The translations under genes and the position numbers were made by a program. The notes beneath the pieces were generated by a model. It saw nothing but the letters and a program-made list of their open reading frames with translations, was not told the DNA's origin and searched no databases. From Armatimonadota bacterium (GTDB taxonomy: Bacteria > Sysuimicrobiota > Sysuimicrobiia > Sysuimicrobiales > Kaftiobacteriaceae): 64,000 nucleotides of DNA. Shown here in pieces: positions 9,234-19,234 of this stretch; position 1 is the stretch's first letter; each line of letters starts with the position of its first letter. Location of the stretch: positions 1 to 64,000 of the forward strand of contig JBBIUY010000010.1 in NCBI GenBank assembly GCA_037440005.1, in the 5' to 3' direction.

Positions 9234-10411
9234 CAGGTCCCCCACCGCGCCAGGACGGCGCCGAGGTCGTCGCCGCAGCGCAGGACGGCCACCGGGACCT
9301 CCAGGGCCTCCAGTGCCAGGACGGACCCCCCGAACACACCTGCCGAGGACGCCCGCGCCCGCACAGAGACGCCGGTCCGGTGCCGGTAGGAATCCACGTC
9401 GGCCAGCACAGCCGCCAGGGCGACGCCGCGGCGGGCCAACGCCAGCACAGAGTCCGCGTCGGCGGTGGCCACCACGGCGCGGGAGCCCGCCGGCAGCAGG
9501 GCGTGCTGGTCCACGGGGCTGCGGTCGCCACCGGGCCGGACCGACGCCAGCCACCGCAGCGCGTGCGGCCAGGGCAGCACCGCCACCTCCGGGTCCGCCG
9601 ACCCGACCAGCAGGGCCGGGCGGCCCGAGCGGGTGGCCAGATGCGCCACCGAGGCGCAGGCCCGAACCAGGTCCTCGAACGCGTCGTCTGCGCCCTCGTA
9701 CAGGTGCGGGCGGGTGTCGAGCAGGACCGCCACCGGCTCGTGGAGGTCGTCGTCGAACTCCCGCACCACCAGGCGGCCCCGCCGGGCGGTGCTGCGCCAG
9801 TGGACGTGGCGCAGGCTGTCGCCGTCTCTGTAGTCGCGCACGCCCGCCACGTCCAGGCCGTCGCGTCGCGGACGGCGGACCCTGCCGTCGGATTGAGCCG
9901 GACCGGCGGACGGGAGGCGGTCGAGGGTCCAGTACCGCGGTAAGACGACGACCGACCCCCCTGCCGGCAGGCGGCCCCGCGCGCCGACGAGCCCCAGCAA
10001 GCCCATGGTGGTGACCTCCACGTCCCGGGCGAGGTGGACGCCGCGGCGGAGGGCGGTCGCGAGGTAGGAGACCGTGACCGGACGGGAGGACACCACCGGG
10101 ACGACGACCGTGGAGGAGCTGAGCCCCGGCACGGCGTCCCGGAGCGTGACCGCATACCGTCGCCCCCGGCGGACGCAGAGGGTGAGGGTGACCGACACCG
10201 GGTCGCCTTCGCAGACCTCGGCCGGCAGGGCGCGGGAGACGCCGACGCCCCGCAGCGCCGTCCAGGCTCCCGCCCAGCCCACCGCCAGTGCGCCCCACAG
10301 CAGCGCGTCCACGGCGAACACCCATCCCGCCTGGAGGTTAATGGCGACGAAGAGGAGCAGGACGGCCAGCACCAGCACCGCGGTGCCGTCGGCCGTCGGC
10401 CTGATGCTCAT
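9233..10411 (-). CDS. DUF58 domain protein
   Basis: GVRDYRDGDSLRHVHWRSTARRGRLVVREF signature; between MoxR and the transglutaminase. Confidence 0.92.
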   Translation of the reverse strand: MSIRPTADGTAVLVLAVLLLFVAINLQAGWVFAVDALLWGALAVGWAGAWTALRGVGVSRALPAEVCEGDPVSVTLTLCVRRGRRYAVTLRDAVPGLSSSTVVVPVVSSRPVTVSYLATALRRGVHLARDVEVTTMGLLGLVGARGRLPAGGSVVVLPRYWTLDRLPSAGPAQSDGRVRRPRRDGLDVAGVRDYRDGDSLRHVHWRSTARRGRLVVREFDDDLHEPVAVLLDTRPHLYEGADDAFEDLVRACASVAHLATRSGRPALLVGSADPEVAVLPWPHALRWLASVRPGGDRSPVDQHALLPAGSRAVVATADADSVLALARRGVALAAVLADVDSYRHRTGVSVRARASSAGVFGGSVLALEALEVPVAVLRCGDDLGAVLARWGT

Positions 10412-10415
10412 GGTG

Positions 10416-10548
10416 CCCCTCACCCTCCCCCTCTGACGACGTTGAAGGTTGGAGGTTGCGCGGTCGGGCGGTCGCGCGGTCGCGCTGCCGCGCTTCCGGG
10501 AGCACAGGCCCCCTCACCCTCGCCCTCTCCCCCTGGAGGGGGAGAGGG
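10416..10548. repeat. Composite repeat: half REP-like unit + 7-mers (GTTGRAG) + 8-mers (GCGCGGTC type) + full REP-like hairpin CCCTCACCCTCGCCCTCTCCC..GGGAGAGGG
   Basis: Read directly; the same components occur at 26859-26990. Confidence 0.85.
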
Positions 10549-10569
10549 AAGTTGTGAGCCGCATTCCCG

Positions 10570-11544
10570 TCAGCGCCCTCCCACCAGGACCGGCACGGCC
10601 ACCGACTCCAGGATCTCCCGCACGACCGCTGCAGCGGTCACCCCGCGGGTGCGCAGGACCAGCCGGTGGGCCAGCACCGCCGGGGCCAGGTGCTTGACGT
10701 CGTCGGGCAGCACGAACTCCCGCCCCTGGCCCGCCGCCCGGGCCTGGGCCAGCCGGACCAATCCCACCGACGCCCGGGGGCTGGCCCCTAAGAGCACCTC
10801 CGGATGGCGGCGGGTGGCCCCCACCACCTGCGCCGCGTAGGCCATCACCGAGCGGTCCACGTAGACCTCCCGCACCCGCTGCTGCCAGGCCAGCACGTCG
10901 GCCGGGGACACGACCGGGTGCAGGTCCTCCAGCGGGTGGACCAGCCTCTGCCGGGCGATCACCTCCACCTCGTCGTCCGGGTCCGGGTACCCCAGCGACG
11001 CCGACACCAGAAAGCGGTCCAGCTGCCCTTCGGGCAGCGGGTAGGTGCCGTGGTGCTCGAGCGGGTTGAGGGTGGCGATCAGAAAGAAGGGCTGGGGCAG
11101 CGGGTGGGCCGCTCCCTCCACGCTGACCCGGCCCTCGTCCAGCGCTTCCAGGAAAGCGGCCTGGGCGCGCGGGGTCGCCCGGTTCAGCTCGTCGGCCAGG
11201 ACCACGTTGGCGAACAGCGGCCCGGGGACAAAGCGCAGGCTGCCCCGTCCCGCGTCGTACACCATCCCCCCGGTGATGTCCGAGGGCAGCAGGTCCGGCG
11301 TGCCCTGGATGCGCCGGAACGTCCCGCCGATGGATCGCGCCAGGGCGCGGGCCAGCACGGTCTTGCCGACGCCCGGGACGTCCTGCAGCAGGACGTGGCC
11401 TCCGGCCAGCAGCGCCTCCACCACCAGCTCCAGGGTCGCTCTCTTGCCCACCACGACCCGCTCCAGGCTGGCGATCAGGACCTCGGCGCCCCGGGCGACC
11501 GGGTGCACGTCGTGCAGCGCGGACGACTCGACGTCAGGCGGCAT
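10570..11544 (-). CDS. MoxR-family AAA+ ATPase
   Basis: DVPGVGKT, TPDLLPSDITG, LADELNRA, YPLPEGQLDRF. Confidence 0.95.
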   Translation of the reverse strand: MPPDVESSALHDVHPVARGAEVLIASLERVVVGKRATLELVVEALLAGGHVLLQDVPGVGKTVLARALARSIGGTFRRIQGTPDLLPSDITGGMVYDAGRGSLRFVPGPLFANVVLADELNRATPRAQAAFLEALDEGRVSVEGAAHPLPQPFFLIATLNPLEHHGTYPLPEGQLDRFLVSASLGYPDPDDEVEVIARQRLVHPLEDLHPVVSPADVLAWQQRVREVYVDRSVMAYAAQVVGATRRHPEVLLGASPRASVGLVRLAQARAAGQGREFVLPDDVKHLAPAVLAHRLVLRTRGVTAAAVVREILESVAVPVLVGGR

Positions 11545-11608
11545 CAGGCTCCCTCTCGGCGGTCTCCATTCCCTGTATGCCCCACCCAGGCCGGAATCAG
11601 AAGGACCC

Positions 11609-12844
11609 TCAGCGGGCGGGCGCAGCGGGCAGCCGGGCGCGCGCGTCCTGCAGGACGGCGTGGATGTAGTCCTCCATCTCCGCCCGGAACCGGGCGCGGG
11701 AGAACCGCTCGGCGTGGGACCGGATCACCGCCGGATCAAATCTCATGCCGTCGGCCGCCCGCACGGCGGCGGCCAGGGCGTCGGGGTCGGGATCGGAGAA
11801 GAACAGCCCCGTGACCCCGTCCACGACGCTCTCGCGGACGCCGCCGCGCCCCAGCGCGATGACCGGACGCCCGCAGGCCTGGGCCTCCACGGGGACCAGG
11901 CCGAAGTCTTCCACTCCCGGGAAGATCAGAGCCCGGCAGTGGCGGTAGTACTCCCGCAGCGTCTCGTCGGAGACTTCGCCCGCAAAGTGGACGGAGGGTC
12001 CGGCCAGCGCCTCCAGGCGCCGCCGCAGGGGCCCGTCGCCGACGACCACCAGGGGACGACCCAGGCGGGTGAAGGCCCGCACGGCCAGGTCCACCCGTTT
12101 GTAGGGGACCAGGCGGGAGACGAGCAGGTAATAACTACCGGGAACGCGGGAGCGCGGGAGCGCGGGAATGCGGGAATGGTTCGGAGGGGCGGGGGTGAAG
12201 AAGTCGGTGTCCACCGGCGGGTAGATCACCGCCGCCTCGCGGGCGTAGTGACGCCGGATGCGGTCGGCGACGTGGCGGGAGTTGGCCACATACGCGTGCA
12301 CCCGCGCCGCCGCCGCCCGGTCCCACGCCCGCAGGGCCGCCAGCGTGAGCCGGGCCGCCGGCCGGACAGGAGGCGGCAGGGACTGCAGGTACTCCTCCTG
12401 CAGGTCCCAGGCGTACCGCATGGGCGTGTGGCAGTAGCAGACGTGCACTGCCCCCGACGGCACCCGCACGCCGTGGGCGCAGGCGTGGCTGCTGCTGACC
12501 ACCAGATCGCAACCCCGCAGGTCCACCGAGCGGAACGCCAGGGGCAGCAGCGGCACCAGCAGCCGGTGCTGGCGCACGGCGCCCGGCAGCCGCTGCAGCC
12601 AGGTGGGGCGCACGTCCAGGCGCGCAAACGCAGACGGCAGGGCCTGCGGGCGGTACACCGCGGTGTAGACCGGGGCCTGGGGGAAGATCTCGTGCAGCGC
12701 CAGCAGCACCCGGTCCGCCCCGCCCAGGGTCACCAGCCAGTCGTGGACCAGGGCCACCCGCAAGTCGCGACACCGCGTGATCGCGCGATCGCGGGATCGC
12801 AAGACTGACCGCTGCGTTGTCGGAGAGCTCCGGTTTATGACCAT
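11609..12844 (-). CDS. GT4 glycosyltransferase (start uncertain: ATG 12844 or TTG 12763)
   Basis: VALVHDWL..GGADRVL, YCHTPMRYAWD, EDFGLVPVEAQACG. Confidence 0.9.
   Translation of the reverse strand: MVINRSSPTTQRSVLRSRDRAITRCRDLRVALVHDWLVTLGGADRVLLALHEIFPQAPVYTAVYRPQALPSAFARLDVRPTWLQRLPGAVRQHRLLVPLLPLAFRSVDLRGCDLVVSSSHACAHGVRVPSGAVHVCYCHTPMRYAWDLQEEYLQSLPPPVRPAARLTLAALRAWDRAAAARVHAYVANSRHVADRIRRHYAREAAVIYPPVDTDFFTPAPPNHSRIPALPRSRVPGSYYLLVSRLVPYKRVDLAVRAFTRLGRPLVVVGDGPLRRRLEALAGPSVHFAGEVSDETLREYYRHCRALIFPGVEDFGLVPVEAQACGRPVIALGRGGVRESVVDGVTGLFFSDPDPDALAAAVRAADGMRFDPAVIRSHAERFSRARFRAEMEDYIHAVLQDARARLPAAPAR
12139..12178. repeat. Five tandem 8-mers (CGGGARYG) inside the GT4 coding sequence
   Basis: cgggaacg cgggagcg cgggagcg cgggaatg cgggaatg. 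Confidence 0.9.
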
Positions 12845-12943
12845 AAAGCGCCTGCGGGTGCGCCGACGACTCGATACCGAACGATGCAACACGGCTGCCG
12901 GGCGGGACGGGTCACCGCGTTCCCGCGTTCCCGCGTTGCCGGG

Positions 12944-14353
12944 TCAGTACGCTCCCCGCCCGGCGATCACCGACGGCAGGGTCCGCAGCAGGATCTTGAG
13001 GTCCAGCCCCACCGACCAGTGGTCGATGTAGTACAGGTCCAAACTGACGCGCCGGTCGTAGTCCAGCTCGTGGCGGCGCAGGACCTGCCACAGGCCCGTG
13101 AGCCCGGGTTTGACGCACAGCAGCCGGCGCTCCCACGGCCCGTACTTGGCCAGTTCGTCCTCCACCACCGGGCGCGGCCCCACCAGGCTCATCTCGCCCC
13201 GCAGGACGTTGAGCAGTTGCGGCAGCTCGTCCAGGCTGGTCCGCCGCAGCCACCGGCCCACGCGGGTCACCCGGGGGTCGTCGGGCAGCTTGAAGGCCTG
13301 CTGAAAACGCTCCCGCAGCGCCGGGTCGCCGCTCAGCCTCCGCTCGGCGTCGGCGACCATGGTGCGGAACTTCCAGGCGTAAAAAGGCACCCCGCCTTTG
13401 CCGATGCGGCGGTGCCGGTAGAACACCGGGCCCGGGCTGTCCAGCTTGATGAGCACGGCGATGACGGCGAACAGAGGCAGCGTCACCAGCAGGCCCGCCA
13501 GCGCGCCCGCCACGTCCAGGGCGTCTTTGAGGCGCCGCCCCCACCCCGCCAGCGGGTCTTCGCGCAGGGTCAGCAACGGCAGCCGGTCCACCAGCTCCAC
13601 CTCGGCGCCGGTGGCCACCAGGGTGTACAGGTCCGGGACGATGGCGAACGGCACGCCGGCCTCGCGGCAGGCGGCCGCCACCTGCAGGATGGTTTGGCGG
13701 GCCTCCGCCGGCAGGGCGACGATCACCCGGTGCGCGCCCACCCGGCGCACGGCCGCCAGGACGGTCTCCGGGGACCCCACCACCGGCAGGCCGTCCACCT
13801 CGCCTGCGGCGCCGTCCACGAACCCCACAGGACGCTGCCCGTACTCGGGATGGGCCCGCAGCACGGCCGCCACCGCCCGGGCCTCCGGACCCGTTCCGAC
13901 GATGAGCACGCGGCGGACGTCCACCCCCCGCGCGCGCAGAGTCCGGTGAACCACCCGCTGCGCGCCCCGGACGGCCAGGACCAGCAGCAGGCTGAGCGCC
14001 CAGGCGAACAGGACCCACAGCCGCGAGTAGGAGAACTGCCGGTAGAAGAAGGTGGCGTTCAAGACCCCCATCATGCCCACCGACACCGCGCTGGCCACCC
14101 GCCGGGCCTCATCCGCGAAACCGCCCGGGCGGTCCCGGTACAAGCCGTAGGCGGCGAACAGGGCGGCCCACGCCGGCAGTACCAGGGCCAGAGGGGCGAA
14201 GTAGGGGCCCGCCGGCGGGGAGTCGGCGGCGGGGACGACCTCCCAGCGAAAGCGCAGCAGGTAGGCCAGCGAGAACGCGGCCGCCACCGCGCCCGCATCC
14301 AGCGCGACGGCCAGCAGCACCCGGACCTGACGGCGGCGGCTGTCGGTGAGCAT
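12944..14353 (-). CDS. Polyprenyl-phosphate sugar-1-phosphate transferase (WcaJ/WbaP family)
   Basis: TM domain, Rossmann-like IVGTG domain, [37 protein letters not shown]. Confidence 0.95.
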   Translation of the reverse strand: MLTDSRRRQVRVLLAVALDAGAVAAAFSLAYLLRFRWEVVPAADSPPAGPYFAPLALVLPAWAALFAAYGLYRDRPGGFADEARRVASAVSVGMMGVLNATFFYRQFSYSRLWVLFAWALSLLLVLAVRGAQRVVHRTLRARGVDVRRVLIVGTGPEARAVAAVLRAHPEYGQRPVGFVDGAAGEVDGLPVVGSPETVLAAVRRVGAHRVIVALPAEARQTILQVAAACREAGVPFAIVPDLYTLVATGAEVELVDRLPLLTLREDPLAGWGRRLKDALDVAGALAGLLVTLPLFAVIAVLIKLDSPGPVFYRHRRIGKGGVPFYAWKFRTMVADAERRLSGDPALRERFQQAFKLPDDPRVTRVGRWLRRTSLDELPQLLNVLRGEMSLVGPRPVVEDELAKYGPWERRLLCVKPGLTGLWQVLRRHELDYDRRVSLDLYYIDHWSVGLDLKILLRTLPSVIAGRGAY

Positions 14354-14371
14354 CCCCGTCTGTCCGGGTCT

Positions 14372-14397
14372 ATGCCCTCCGCGGTGGACCCATAGTC
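14372..14397 (-). promoter_or_regulatory. Putative SigB/F-type promoter GACTAT-N14-GGGCAT
   Basis: Shared motif upstream of the initiating sugar transferase. Confidence 0.6.
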
Positions 14398-14493
14398 CGT
14401 GGACCGTGGCGGCCAGGTCCCGGATGCGGAGAAGACTGAGCGGGGACTGGACTTACCGGGGTGTGGCTGGCGTTGGTTCGCGAGTCCGCTCCT

Positions 14494-15591
14494 CTACGCT
14501 CCGCAGACGGAGTAGATCGCCTCAAGAACGCCCCGTGCGGTCTTTTCCCACGTAAACTGCCGTGCGCGCGCCAAGCCACGTTCTATCAGACTCCCGGCAA
14601 AGGCTGTATCATCCAGGACTCTCTGCATTGCCGCGGCAAGCCCCGCCTCGTCATAGGGATCAATCAGTACCGCTGCGTCACCGGCCGCTTCCGGCAGCGC
14701 ACCCGCGTTGGATGCGACCACGGGAGCCCCACAGGCCATGGCCTCCAGGACAGGAAGTCCGAAACCCTCGTACAGCGACGGGATCACGACGCACGCGGCG
14801 CCCGCGTACAGACGCGGCAGGTCGTCGTCAGGAACGAATCCCAAAAAATGCACGCGGTCTCGAATTCCCAACTGATCTACCAGGGACTCGAGAGACTGCC
14901 GGTGCCGCGGGTGCCGATCGCCGGCGAGGACCAGCGCGACGTCTCCTCGCACCCGCGCAAAAGCCCGCAGCAGCCTGTGAAGGTTTTTGTGAGGCGCCAG
15001 GTTGCCCACGAAGAGGACGTACCGCGTCCACCCGTGCTCGGGTCTCAGCCGCTCGAACCGCCGGCGGGGAGAAAAGCGGATGCAGTCTACCCCCGGAGGG
15101 ACCACCGTAATCCGCTGGTGAGGGAACCGATAGTGAGTGACCAGGTCACGGGCGGTCTGTTCCGATATGGCCACGACGCGTGCGGAGTGCCTGAGGACCG
15201 CCGGCACCAGCACCCGGACATACCACTGGTGCCGAGGAAACTCGCGGGGGAAGAACAGCGGCAGGATGTCGTGGACCACGGTCACCTGTGGCACCGGAGG
15301 ACTCAACGGTCCCTCGGGCACGGTGTTGAGCAGCACGCGGGCCTGCACCGCTCGACACAGTCTCCGCAGGCCGGTCTGGGTCCACAGCAGGCGCGAGAGG
15401 TGACCGGCGAGTCCCCGAGACGGCCGACCGGACCCGCCGATGGCGCGCGCGCAGGGGAAGCTGTCCGGTTCGCTGGTGAAGACTACCAGTTCAGCGTGTT
15501 GTTCTCGGAGAGCGCGGGTCAACTGGAGGGTGTACACTCCCAGCCCCGATGCGCGGGAGTCGTAAATGGACGCGTTCACCGCAATGCGCAC
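14494..15591 (-). CDS. GT4 glycosyltransferase
   Basis: TVVHDI, GNLAPHKN, SLYEGFGLPVLEAMACG. Confidence 0.93.
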   Translation of the reverse strand: MRIAVNASIYDSRASGLGVYTLQLTRALREQHAELVVFTSEPDSFPCARAIGGSGRPSRGLAGHLSRLLWTQTGLRRLCRAVQARVLLNTVPEGPLSPPVPQVTVVHDILPLFFPREFPRHQWYVRVLVPAVLRHSARVVAISEQTARDLVTHYRFPHQRITVVPPGVDCIRFSPRRRFERLRPEHGWTRYVLFVGNLAPHKNLHRLLRAFARVRGDVALVLAGDRHPRHRQSLESLVDQLGIRDRVHFLGFVPDDDLPRLYAGAACVVIPSLYEGFGLPVLEAMACGAPVVASNAGALPEAAGDAAVLIDPYDEAGLAAAMQRVLDDTAFAGSLIERGLARARQFTWEKTARGVLEAIYSVCGA

Positions 15592-15597
15592 AGGGGC

Positions 15598-16746
15598 TCA
15601 CCCGGTCGCCGTGGGAAACCGGCGGGTCGTCGAGAGGGCGATCGTGAGAATCTCTCGAAGCCGACGCGCCGACGTCCTCCACGAGTAGACGGACGCCCGG
15701 GAGAGACCCCGGGCCGATAGATCAGCCCTCCATCTCTCGTCCCGGAGGAGCGTCAGGATCGTCTCCGCCCACTGCTCGGGCAGGCACGGGAGAACGAGGA
15801 CAGCCGCTCCGCTGGTGACTTCGCGAACGGCAGGAATGTCGGACGCCACGATGGGAATGCCCGTGCGCATCGCCTCGACTAAAGGGATGCCGAACCCCTC
15901 GTACAGCGAGGGAAACAGGAAGATCGCGGCGCCTGCGTACAGCCACGGAAGGTCTTCATCTCTCACATAGCCCAGAAATCTGAGGGACCCCTCTCGGACC
16001 AAGGGCGCCGCAACCTCCCGCAATCTGGCCATCTTCCACCCCGGAGCGCCGCAGACAAGCAGGGGGTGGTCCCGCCGGACGTGCGCCGGCAGGCGGGCCA
16101 CCGCCTGAATGACCGTACGCAGATTCTTCCGCGGCTCCAGCGTCCCCACGCACAACAGGTATCCCGGAGAGACGCCCCAAGTAGACGCGCACCTGTCTCG
16201 AACCTGCTGGGGATCGCGTGGGTGGAAATCGCTCGAAACTCCAGGCGGGACCACGTGCACCTTGTCTGACGACACTCCGTACGTGGATATGACTTCGGCG
16301 GCCGTCGCCTCTGAATTCGCAACAACACAGGACGCCCGTCTCAAGGAGGGAACAAATAGAGCCCGCGTGATGAGGTAGTTCTTCGTCTCCATCGTCTCAG
16401 GGAAGCGGCGGTGAACGAGGTCATGGACTGTCACCACACTGGGGATCCAGGAAGGAAGTGCCAGAGGCAGGATGGTGTTAACCCCCCAGAAGACATCAAT
16501 CCGTTCCCTCCGAGCCAGGAAAGGGACAATCCCCTGATACCAGAATGGTATCCGGATCCTCCCGTACGCTGGACCCACGCGCACGCGCCAGTGTGCGGGA
16601 TACGCCACGTTCTGCAGAGGCCGCGGCACGTAAAGGAAGAAATGCAAAGACGTGTCCTCCGCCAGGGAGTCCAACAGCCCACGGAGATACCGCGCAACAC
16701 CTGCGCGTGGGCCGCACAGCGAACGTGCGTCCACCCCTATTTTCAT
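15598..16746 (-). CDS. GT4 glycosyltransferase
   Basis: VTVHDL, GTLEPRKN, SLYEGFGIPLVEAM. Confidence 0.93.
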   Translation of the reverse strand: MKIGVDARSLCGPRAGVARYLRGLLDSLAEDTSLHFFLYVPRPLQNVAYPAHWRVRVGPAYGRIRIPFWYQGIVPFLARRERIDVFWGVNTILPLALPSWIPSVVTVHDLVHRRFPETMETKNYLITRALFVPSLRRASCVVANSEATAAEVISTYGVSSDKVHVVPPGVSSDFHPRDPQQVRDRCASTWGVSPGYLLCVGTLEPRKNLRTVIQAVARLPAHVRRDHPLLVCGAPGWKMARLREVAAPLVREGSLRFLGYVRDEDLPWLYAGAAIFLFPSLYEGFGIPLVEAMRTGIPIVASDIPAVREVTSGAAVLVLPCLPEQWAETILTLLRDERWRADLSARGLSRASVYSWRTSARRLREILTIALSTTRRFPTATG

Positions 16747-16783
16747 CTGCGTTACGCCGCCCCCCGCCGACAGCCCACGCCAG

Positions 16784-17809
16784 TCATCTCGTCGCCAGAA
16801 CTCGCTCGTAGGCGGACAGGGTGAGCCTGCCTACCCTCTCCCAGGTGTACTGCAGCAGGTGTTCGCGTTGGTCAGGTCCGACCGGTGGGGCGTCCCAGGC
16901 AGCCGCAATTTGCCTCGCGATATCCCGCTCGTCCAAAGGATTGCAGTACCAGGCATAGCCTCCCAGGTATTCCCTCGCAGCACCGACGGAGGTTACCACC
17001 ACCTTGGTTCCCGCGAGAGCCGCTTCAAGAGCGGCCAGCCCCGGCGTCTCGGCAAGAGATGGCAGGGCGAAGACCCGTGCTGCGGCGTACGCACTGGCCA
17101 GCAATTCATCCTCGTGTCCCAGGGCGCCCAAGAACTGCGTGAAATCTCCGCCTTCCCGACGGCACAGTTCCGCATACTCCTCGTCGCCGGCACTCCCGAT
17201 AATCACCAGGGGTTTCTGCAGCCGACCGACTGCTCTGATGAGCCTCCGCTGATTTTTCCTCCACTCGATATTCCCCACGCTCAGCACAAAGTCATCGGAG
17301 CGCACACGCGCGCGGAACAGCGCAGGCGACGCAGCCGCAAATCTGTTCTCGACACCGTTCGGGACCACCATGATTCGACTCGGAGAGACGCCCACAAGAC
17401 CCGTCAGCACCTCCTTCTCCGCATTCGAGTTGGGAAGGACCAGGTCCGCCTGACGGAGCATTTGCGCCACCTGACCCTCAGGTAACCGCCGAAGGACAGG
17501 GGTCCTGGGGAACAACGCGAACCAGAGACGCAATTTGATGGCCGTGCCCAAAGAATTTGCCCACGGCCAGAAAATAGGGGACACAACGACGCGTATATTT
17601 CGCAGGCGCGCCTTTCGCCGCAAGTCCTCAAAATAGGGATGCGGACCAAAGAAGTGGACGATATCGACATCTCCAAGACCATCCAAAGGACTGTGAAACC
17701 GCACGTGAACTCCCAGCGACCGCAGGACTTCGGCTGTTCGGAGAGCCTGGATTTCGGCCCCTCCGTAAGTCATCCCTCCAAAGTAGTGAGGCACGAACAG
17801 CACCTTCAC
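16784..17809 (-). CDS. GT4 glycosyltransferase
   Basis: GGAEIQ, RKNQ, LPSLAETPGLAALEA (EX7E motif). Confidence 0.9.
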   Translation of the reverse strand: MKVLFVPHYFGGMTYGGAEIQALRTAEVLRSLGVHVRFHSPLDGLGDVDIVHFFGPHPYFEDLRRKARLRNIRVVVSPIFWPWANSLGTAIKLRLWFALFPRTPVLRRLPEGQVAQMLRQADLVLPNSNAEKEVLTGLVGVSPSRIMVVPNGVENRFAAASPALFRARVRSDDFVLSVGNIEWRKNQRRLIRAVGRLQKPLVIIGSAGDEEYAELCRREGGDFTQFLGALGHEDELLASAYAAARVFALPSLAETPGLAALEAALAGTKVVVTSVGAAREYLGGYAWYCNPLDERDIARQIAAAWDAPPVGPDQREHLLQYTWERVGRLTLSAYERVLATR

Positions 17810-17830
17810 GGGACTATACCGTCCTGCATC

Positions 17831-19177
17831 TCATTCTCGACCCTCGTCATCGCGCCGTCTCCGGCCGGAAGATCCATGCCTGGAAGCACGTCCTGAGAGG
17901 ACCGCATACGCGGCGAGAATTATCCCCTCTGTAATCAAGGTGATTACCGCAGCGCCCATCGCTCCAGCTCGAGGGATTACCACCAGGTTCCCGGCGACGT
18001 TGAACAAAGCAGCGATGACTATCACACCCGTACGCTGGAGCTGCCGGCCGGTCGTCGTGAGGGCATCCCCCAACGGAAAGCTCAAGCTCTGCAAAGCCGG
18101 GAACCACACGAGGACCCGCAAGAGGCGCACAGCAGAGCTGAACCCAGGGCCGTACAGGATGTGGACGATCCAACCGGTGAAGCTCCAGACGAGCGCTGCA
18201 CTCGTCACGCCGACGGCACCTGACACGGCAAGGTACGAACCGACCAGCCTACGGTGCTCCACGCGATCCCCTGCAACCTTGAACAAACGCGGGTACCACA
18301 TGGTGGCAACAGCACCCGGGATGACGTACAGGAAGGCCGCCACCCGGTATGCAGCCGCATAGACTCCGGCCTCTCCCGGCGCCATCACCCCCAGCATGAC
18401 CTGGTCGGCTTGGAAGTAGAGGATGTACGAGATGCTCGCCAGACCGAAGGAGATCCAGTCCTTGACCGCGTGGCGCAGCCGACGTGGGAGGAATCGAGGC
18501 TGCACGACCCGGGTGGACCGGACAAAGACCGCGGCCCCCAGTATCGCGTTTGCGATCAGGACGCTGGACAAAACGGCAGCCGAGGAACCCCTGGCCATCA
18601 CCGCAGCTATGCCGACCGTGGCCGTAGTCACTGCCGTGAGGACGATCCACAGAGCCATCTCGGTGGTTCGTGATGCCGCCTGAAACGTCGCCACTGGCAA
18701 GCTCCCCATGCCTCCGACGAGAGCCGTGGCGGTCGCAAGGACCATAAGAAAGGCTTGCTGGGGCACTGTCACCACCCAGGCGAACACCGCCGAAACCGCA
18801 AATACGACCATCGCCGCTGCGGCCTTGACCACCATCGCATTGCCGTACGCCACCTGCGCTTCGTCCAACCCGCGAGCGTAGCCGCGGACGACTAGCGTGG
18901 CGAGGTTGAGATCGGTGAACACCACGCAGATGCTTCCGTAGGCGACCGCCGTCGCATATGCTCCGAACTCCTGGACCCCCAGCCGGCGCGCCACAACGAG
19001 CCCGACAATAGCGCCCGCAAGGCGGGAAATAATGATGGACGCGGAGAGAAGCAGAACATCACGAGCCTGCCGACGCGCCACATCGGCATGGATCCAGCAG
19101 CTACTCAAAAGGGGGAGCCGGGCCCGCACGGGCCGAACGACGGGGGTCACCGAAGAGGTAGGCTGCCTCGCGCCCAC
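17831..19177 (-). CDS. Wzx-like oligosaccharide flippase (true start probably downstream of the ORF start)
   Basis: About 12 hydrophobic segments; ARRLGVQEFGAY, DQVMLG, GVYAAAYR, GAMGAA. Confidence 0.88.
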   Translation of the reverse strand: MGARQPTSSVTPVVRPVRARLPLLSSCWIHADVARRQARDVLLLSASIIISRLAGAIVGLVVARRLGVQEFGAYATAVAYGSICVVFTDLNLATLVVRGYARGLDEAQVAYGNAMVVKAAAAMVVFAVSAVFAWVVTVPQQAFLMVLATATALVGGMGSLPVATFQAASRTTEMALWIVLTAVTTATVGIAAVMARGSSAAVLSSVLIANAILGAAVFVRSTRVVQPRFLPRRLRHAVKDWISFGLASISYILYFQADQVMLGVMAPGEAGVYAAAYRVAAFLYVIPGAVATMWYPRLFKVAGDRVEHRRLVGSYLAVSGAVGVTSAALVWSFTGWIVHILYGPGFSSAVRLLRVLVWFPALQSLSFPLGDALTTTGRQLQRTGVIVIAALFNVAGNLVVIPRAGAMGAAVITLITEGIILAAYAVLSGRASRHGSSGRRRRDDEGRE

Positions 19178-19234
19178 TGGTTCACCAGAGTCCTCGCGGT
19201 CTTGTGCGAGCCGGCGCGTCAGAGGGAATCAGGT

